A stretch of 63,976 nt of DNA, counting the filler, from Octopus bimaculoides (taxonomy: Eukaryota), in the NCBI RefSeq assembly GCF_001194135.2. It is 7 parts of 7 records of this genome, joined end to end, with 100 filler letters (N's around TTAATTAATTAA, not from the genome) between each part and the next. Parts side by side here need not be neighbours in the genome. Positions count along the whole stretch, not along the records: positions 58,108 to 62,654 come from NC_069002.1; positions 62,755 to 63,976 come from NC_068994.1; 5 more parts are not named here. One strand, 5' to 3'. Each line of letters starts with the position of its first letter. Within the stretch, counting starts at the first letter, position 1. Below the pieces are notes generated by a model. The model ran no database searches. It saw only the letters and a list, made by a program, of their open reading frames with translations, and was not told the DNA's origin. This document shows positions 59,949 to 63,976 of this stretch, in pieces. The translations under genes were made by a program, and so were the position numbers.

Positions 59949-60321
59949 AAGAAGAAGAAGAAGAAGAAGAAGAAGAAGAAGAAGAAGAAGAAGAAGAAGA
60001 AGNNNNNNNNNNNNNNNNNNNNNNNNNNNNNNNNNNNNNNNNNNNNNNNNNNNNNNNNNNNNNNNNNNNNNNNNNNNNNNNNNNNNNNNNNNNNNNNNNN
60101 NNNNNNNNNNNNNNNNNNNNNNNNNNNNNNNNNNNNNNNNNNNNNNNNNNNNNNNNNNNNNNNNNNNNNNNNNNNNNNNNNNNNNNNNNNNNNNNNNNNN
60201 NNNNNNNNNNNNNNNNNNNNNNNNNNNNNNNNNNNNNNNNNNNNNNNNNNNNNNNNNNNNNNNNNNNNNNNNNNNNNNNNNNNNNNNNNNNNNNNNNNNN
60301 NNNNNNNNNNNNNNNNNNNNN

Positions 60322-60388
<67 letters not shown>

Positions 60389-60776
60389 TGTGTGTGTATT
60401 TATATATGTATCAACATAACACAATTTCTAGAGCGGCTATCACACAGACAATATATCACGAACACCACAACTGCTGCTGCCGTGACCACGACTAACAATC
60501 TGTCTTTGTAAGAAGAAAAAGGTAACCGGAAATGAGTAATCGATTATTTTTTTTTGTCTATTGATTGCAGTGTATAGTTTCTTGTTTTAGCATTTATTTT
60601 TTTTAATTTTAGTAGCAGTGTTTTTTTTTTTGTTTTTTGATTATTTGTTCTTTAGAATAAGTATTGATCCTGTACAGCTAAAATCAGACCGTTCGCTGCT
60701 TTGGCCCGTTGTATGGCTTTCATATTGGTCTGCTTCCCCACTGTCCAGTCTTGCGGGATACTGACCAGAGTTGAAT

Positions 60777-60812
60777 ATCATCACCATCACCATCATCATC
60801 ACCATCACCATT

Positions 60813-60852
<40 letters not shown>

Positions 60853-60853
60853 C

Positions 60854-60902
<49 letters not shown>

Positions 60903-61050
60903 GTTGTTGTTATTATTATTGTTGTTGTTGTTATAGGGGTTGTGTTGCTGCTTGCAGTTCATACTACTACTACTACTACTGTCATTGTTGTTCTTCTTCT
61001 TCTTGTTATTATTACCGTTACTGCTGCTGCTGCTGCTGCTGCTGCTTCTG
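60777..61050. repeat. Compound trinucleotide microsatellite (CAT/CAC, TAT, TGT, CTA, TCT, CTG); similar tracts at 59878-60002 and 62280-62654
   Basis: Directly visible; source of the homopolymeric pseudo-ORFs in the track. Confidence 0.95.
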
Positions 61051-61992
61051 CTGCAGGTGTTGTTTTTGTTGTTGGTATTTCGAGATCCGCTTTAATTATA
61101 TCTTTTGTCTCTTTATTTTTACCTCTTCTGTTGTTCTGATGTTATTAAAATATTTTCTCCTCGCTATAATTAGCTTGTAATGTGTAACTTTATCGATTAA
61201 ACTCACACACGCGCGCTTGCGCGAATATTTATATTCATACATATATATTCATATATACATATATATACATACACACATATAATGCATATATACACACTNN
61301 NNNNNNNNNNNNNNNNNNNNNNNNNNNNNNNNNNNNNNNNNNNNNNNNNNNNNNNNNNNNNNNNNNNNNNNNNNNNNNNNNNNNNNNNNNNNNNNNNNGC
61401 TGAAGCTTGTCTTACTTTCATGGCGCATGGCTTAAAAGTTTTCTCTCTTCTCCTGATGTCGATCGTTGGCTTTGTATAGGAGGCGGAAATGTATTATCTA
61501 ATAAGTAACTTCCTCATCTCCATCCAGTCATTCACCCATATCTCGTGTCAACTAAACCATTATCCTCTCGTCTTTCCTTCCACAACCAACCAACCTCTTT
61601 CTGGCTGGTAGTTTTGACGTCGTAGTTATATCATATTAGAGATTTTGTGTGTTACATCGTTTTCTTGCCTTCCACTCACCTCTGTCTTTAACCCTCTCTC
61701 TCTCTCTCTCTTCCTCTCACTCATATATATTTGTCGATCACATTCTCTCCCACCTCTCTCTCTCCCCCTCTCCCCCTCTCTCTCTATCTCTCAATCTTTC
61801 TAGTGCTTTTGTAATTTCTCTATCTACCACTTGCACTTTCTCCTGCAAGTGATCACCTTTGCTTTTGTATATTTTTGTACACTAGAGTGTACTGAATTCT
61901 TGAAAGAGGATTCGAGAGTCGGGTTCAACGATGGCGGATGTGAGCCATGAGAGTCACCGCCTGGTGCTGCATCAAGGCATTTATCATCATCA

Positions 61993-62051
<59 letters not shown>

Positions 62052-62053
<2 letters not shown>

Positions 62054-62232
62054 GGCGGCGATCTGGCAGAATCATTAGCACGCTGGGACGAAATACTTAG
62101 CGGTATTTCGCCCGTCGCTACGTTCTGAGTTCGAATTCCGTCGTGGTCGACTTTGCCGTTCATCCTCGCGGGATCGATAAAATAAGTATCAGTCGTATCA
62201 CTCCCCACGAAAATCCAGGCGTTGTGCCTATA
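62052..62232 (+). mobile_element. Nin/Deu-type SINE
   Basis: aaggcggcgatctggcagaatcattagc...gagttcgaattccgtcgtggtcgactttgccgttcatcc. Confidence 0.85.
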
Positions 62233-62983
62233 GCAGAACGGATTATCATTATTATTGCTATTGCTATTGTTGTTAGTGTTGTTGTGATGATGGTGGTGGT
62301 GGTGGTGGTGGTGGTGGTGGTGGTAGTGCTGTTCTCATCATCACCACCACCACCACTAATACCATCCACCACCATCATAACCATTGTTTATCACTTCTGA
62401 TTATGTTTGCTGTTGTTGGAGTCGCCGCCGTCGTCATGGAGACGTTGATATTGCTGTTGTTGTTGTTGTCGTTGTTGTCGATGTTGTTGTTTGACTTCCA
62501 TTAGTTCTCAATTAATTTGGTCAGCTGATGATGCCATATTGTTCGGTCACTAAGTGCGCTGTAAATTTACAGTGCACCACCTCCACCATCACCTCCACCA
62601 CCACCACCACCACCACCGAAACCACCACCACCACCACCACCACCACCACCACCANNNNNNNNNNNNNNNNNNNNNNNNNNNNNNNNNNNNNNNNNNNNTT
62701 AATTAATTAANNNNNNNNNNNNNNNNNNNNNNNNNNNNNNNNNNNNNNNNNNNNTGACCTTTTCGCTAACATTCAGCGGGTCTCAATAGACGTGTAGAAC
62801 GATCAAGAAATATAGAATTTGAAATCGTTTAACAAAACAGCAATGACGAAATGCTCAGAAGGAGTAGATGAACAAATGTACAAGTAGGTGTAAATGCGTG
62901 CGTATGTGTGTGCGTGTGTGTGTGTGTGTGTATGTGTGTGTGTCAAGAGTTATATATATAAGCACGCATGCACGCACATATGG

Positions 62984-63026
<43 letters not shown>

Positions 63027-63364
63027 CCTATGTATGTATTAGTATACACCTATACATATGCATGTATATGAATGGATCTATAAATATGCATACATATGCA
63101 CGTGTATGTAGGCATAAATAGTATGCACACGTGAGTGTACGCACTTACACACATATACATACAGACACATGAACACGGGCGCAAAACTAGATTGAATGAT
63201 ACAATAGTGTTTGTAGAGGATTAGCATTTTAAATACACACACACACACATACACTCACTCACACACATCTATAGAGATTTATTTATAGAGGATTACCATC
63301 TACGTACAACAAATACATTTAAATACACAATGCCGGCTTCCCAATGTAATTCTTCAATAACTGC

Positions 63365-63409
<45 letters not shown>

Positions 63410-63624
63410 TGTTTGTCTGTCTGTGTGTGTATGTTTGCGTTTGAGTGCAAACATACGCATACGCGATTGGGTTCCGTCTACGTAGGTATGTGTGCGCGCT
63501 CGCCATTTGTGTGTGTGTATCTATAAGCGCCCACTTTTAACAACTTTTCATACGCATACATAACCAAACACTTACAGGCTTATACGCATGTAGAAACAAC
63601 AGTATGCATGCTGCATACACACAC

Positions 63625-63672
<48 letters not shown>

Positions 63673-63976
63673 TCCTACACACACGTCTAAAATATGTATA
63701 CACACCTTTTCACATATTGCCTTTACACGTGCAGACTCCAACACAAAGACATCCTCTTACACATACAAGCACAGGTACGCCCATACATGCACTAACACAT
63801 TCGCAAACATATAAGCGGACATGCACACAAACTTCCAATCGTGACAGTCACTCTATGTAAGCTTTTACGATACACACATATATATACATGCATAAATACG
63901 TACATACGTACGTGTGTGAGTATGTATATAGATGTATGCATACACGTTTATAAATATATATATATATATATATATA

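Noticed and set aside
60641-61180. Poly-His/Tyr/Cys, poly-Ile, poly-Asn and CV/HT/YI-repeat ORFs here and throughout the track
   Set aside because: Translations of microsatellites or of N runs; no coding signal.
61498-61545. Minus-strand NDWMEMRK hexapeptide-like peptide
   Set aside because: Short frame bounded by stops, no suitable donor, several artificial joins away from Cdx.

Overview
AT-rich, microsatellite-dense eukaryotic genomic DNA. The SINE/LINE families and repeat density point to a coleoid cephalopod, most likely Octopus (inferred from recalled repeat families, not searched). The window is about seven assembled pieces joined by six artificial 100-bp spacers (44 N + TTAATTAATTAA + 44 N), so long-range order is not sequence-proven. 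The only clear host gene is the terminal, homeobox-containing exon of the ParaHox gene Cdx/caudal on the minus strand (14800-14475). It has a canonical phase-1 acceptor, an intact recognition helix, an unusually divergent helix-1/helix-2 loop and no recognisable hexapeptide exon in the window; two speculative first exons are proposed. Most of the rest is transposon-derived: many tRNA-derived Nin/Deu-type and Meta/MESC-type SINEs, mariner, hAT, Merlin-like and foldback MITEs, R4/Dong, CR1 and Penelope-like relics, and a Gypsy integrase/LTR fragment. The most striking unexplained structure is a ~217-nt rod-like hairpin (36917-37133) whose tip is a complete hammerhead ribozyme catalytic core, a candidate retrozyme/viroid-like element. 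All alignments and pairings were done by eye; no searches or folding programs were run.
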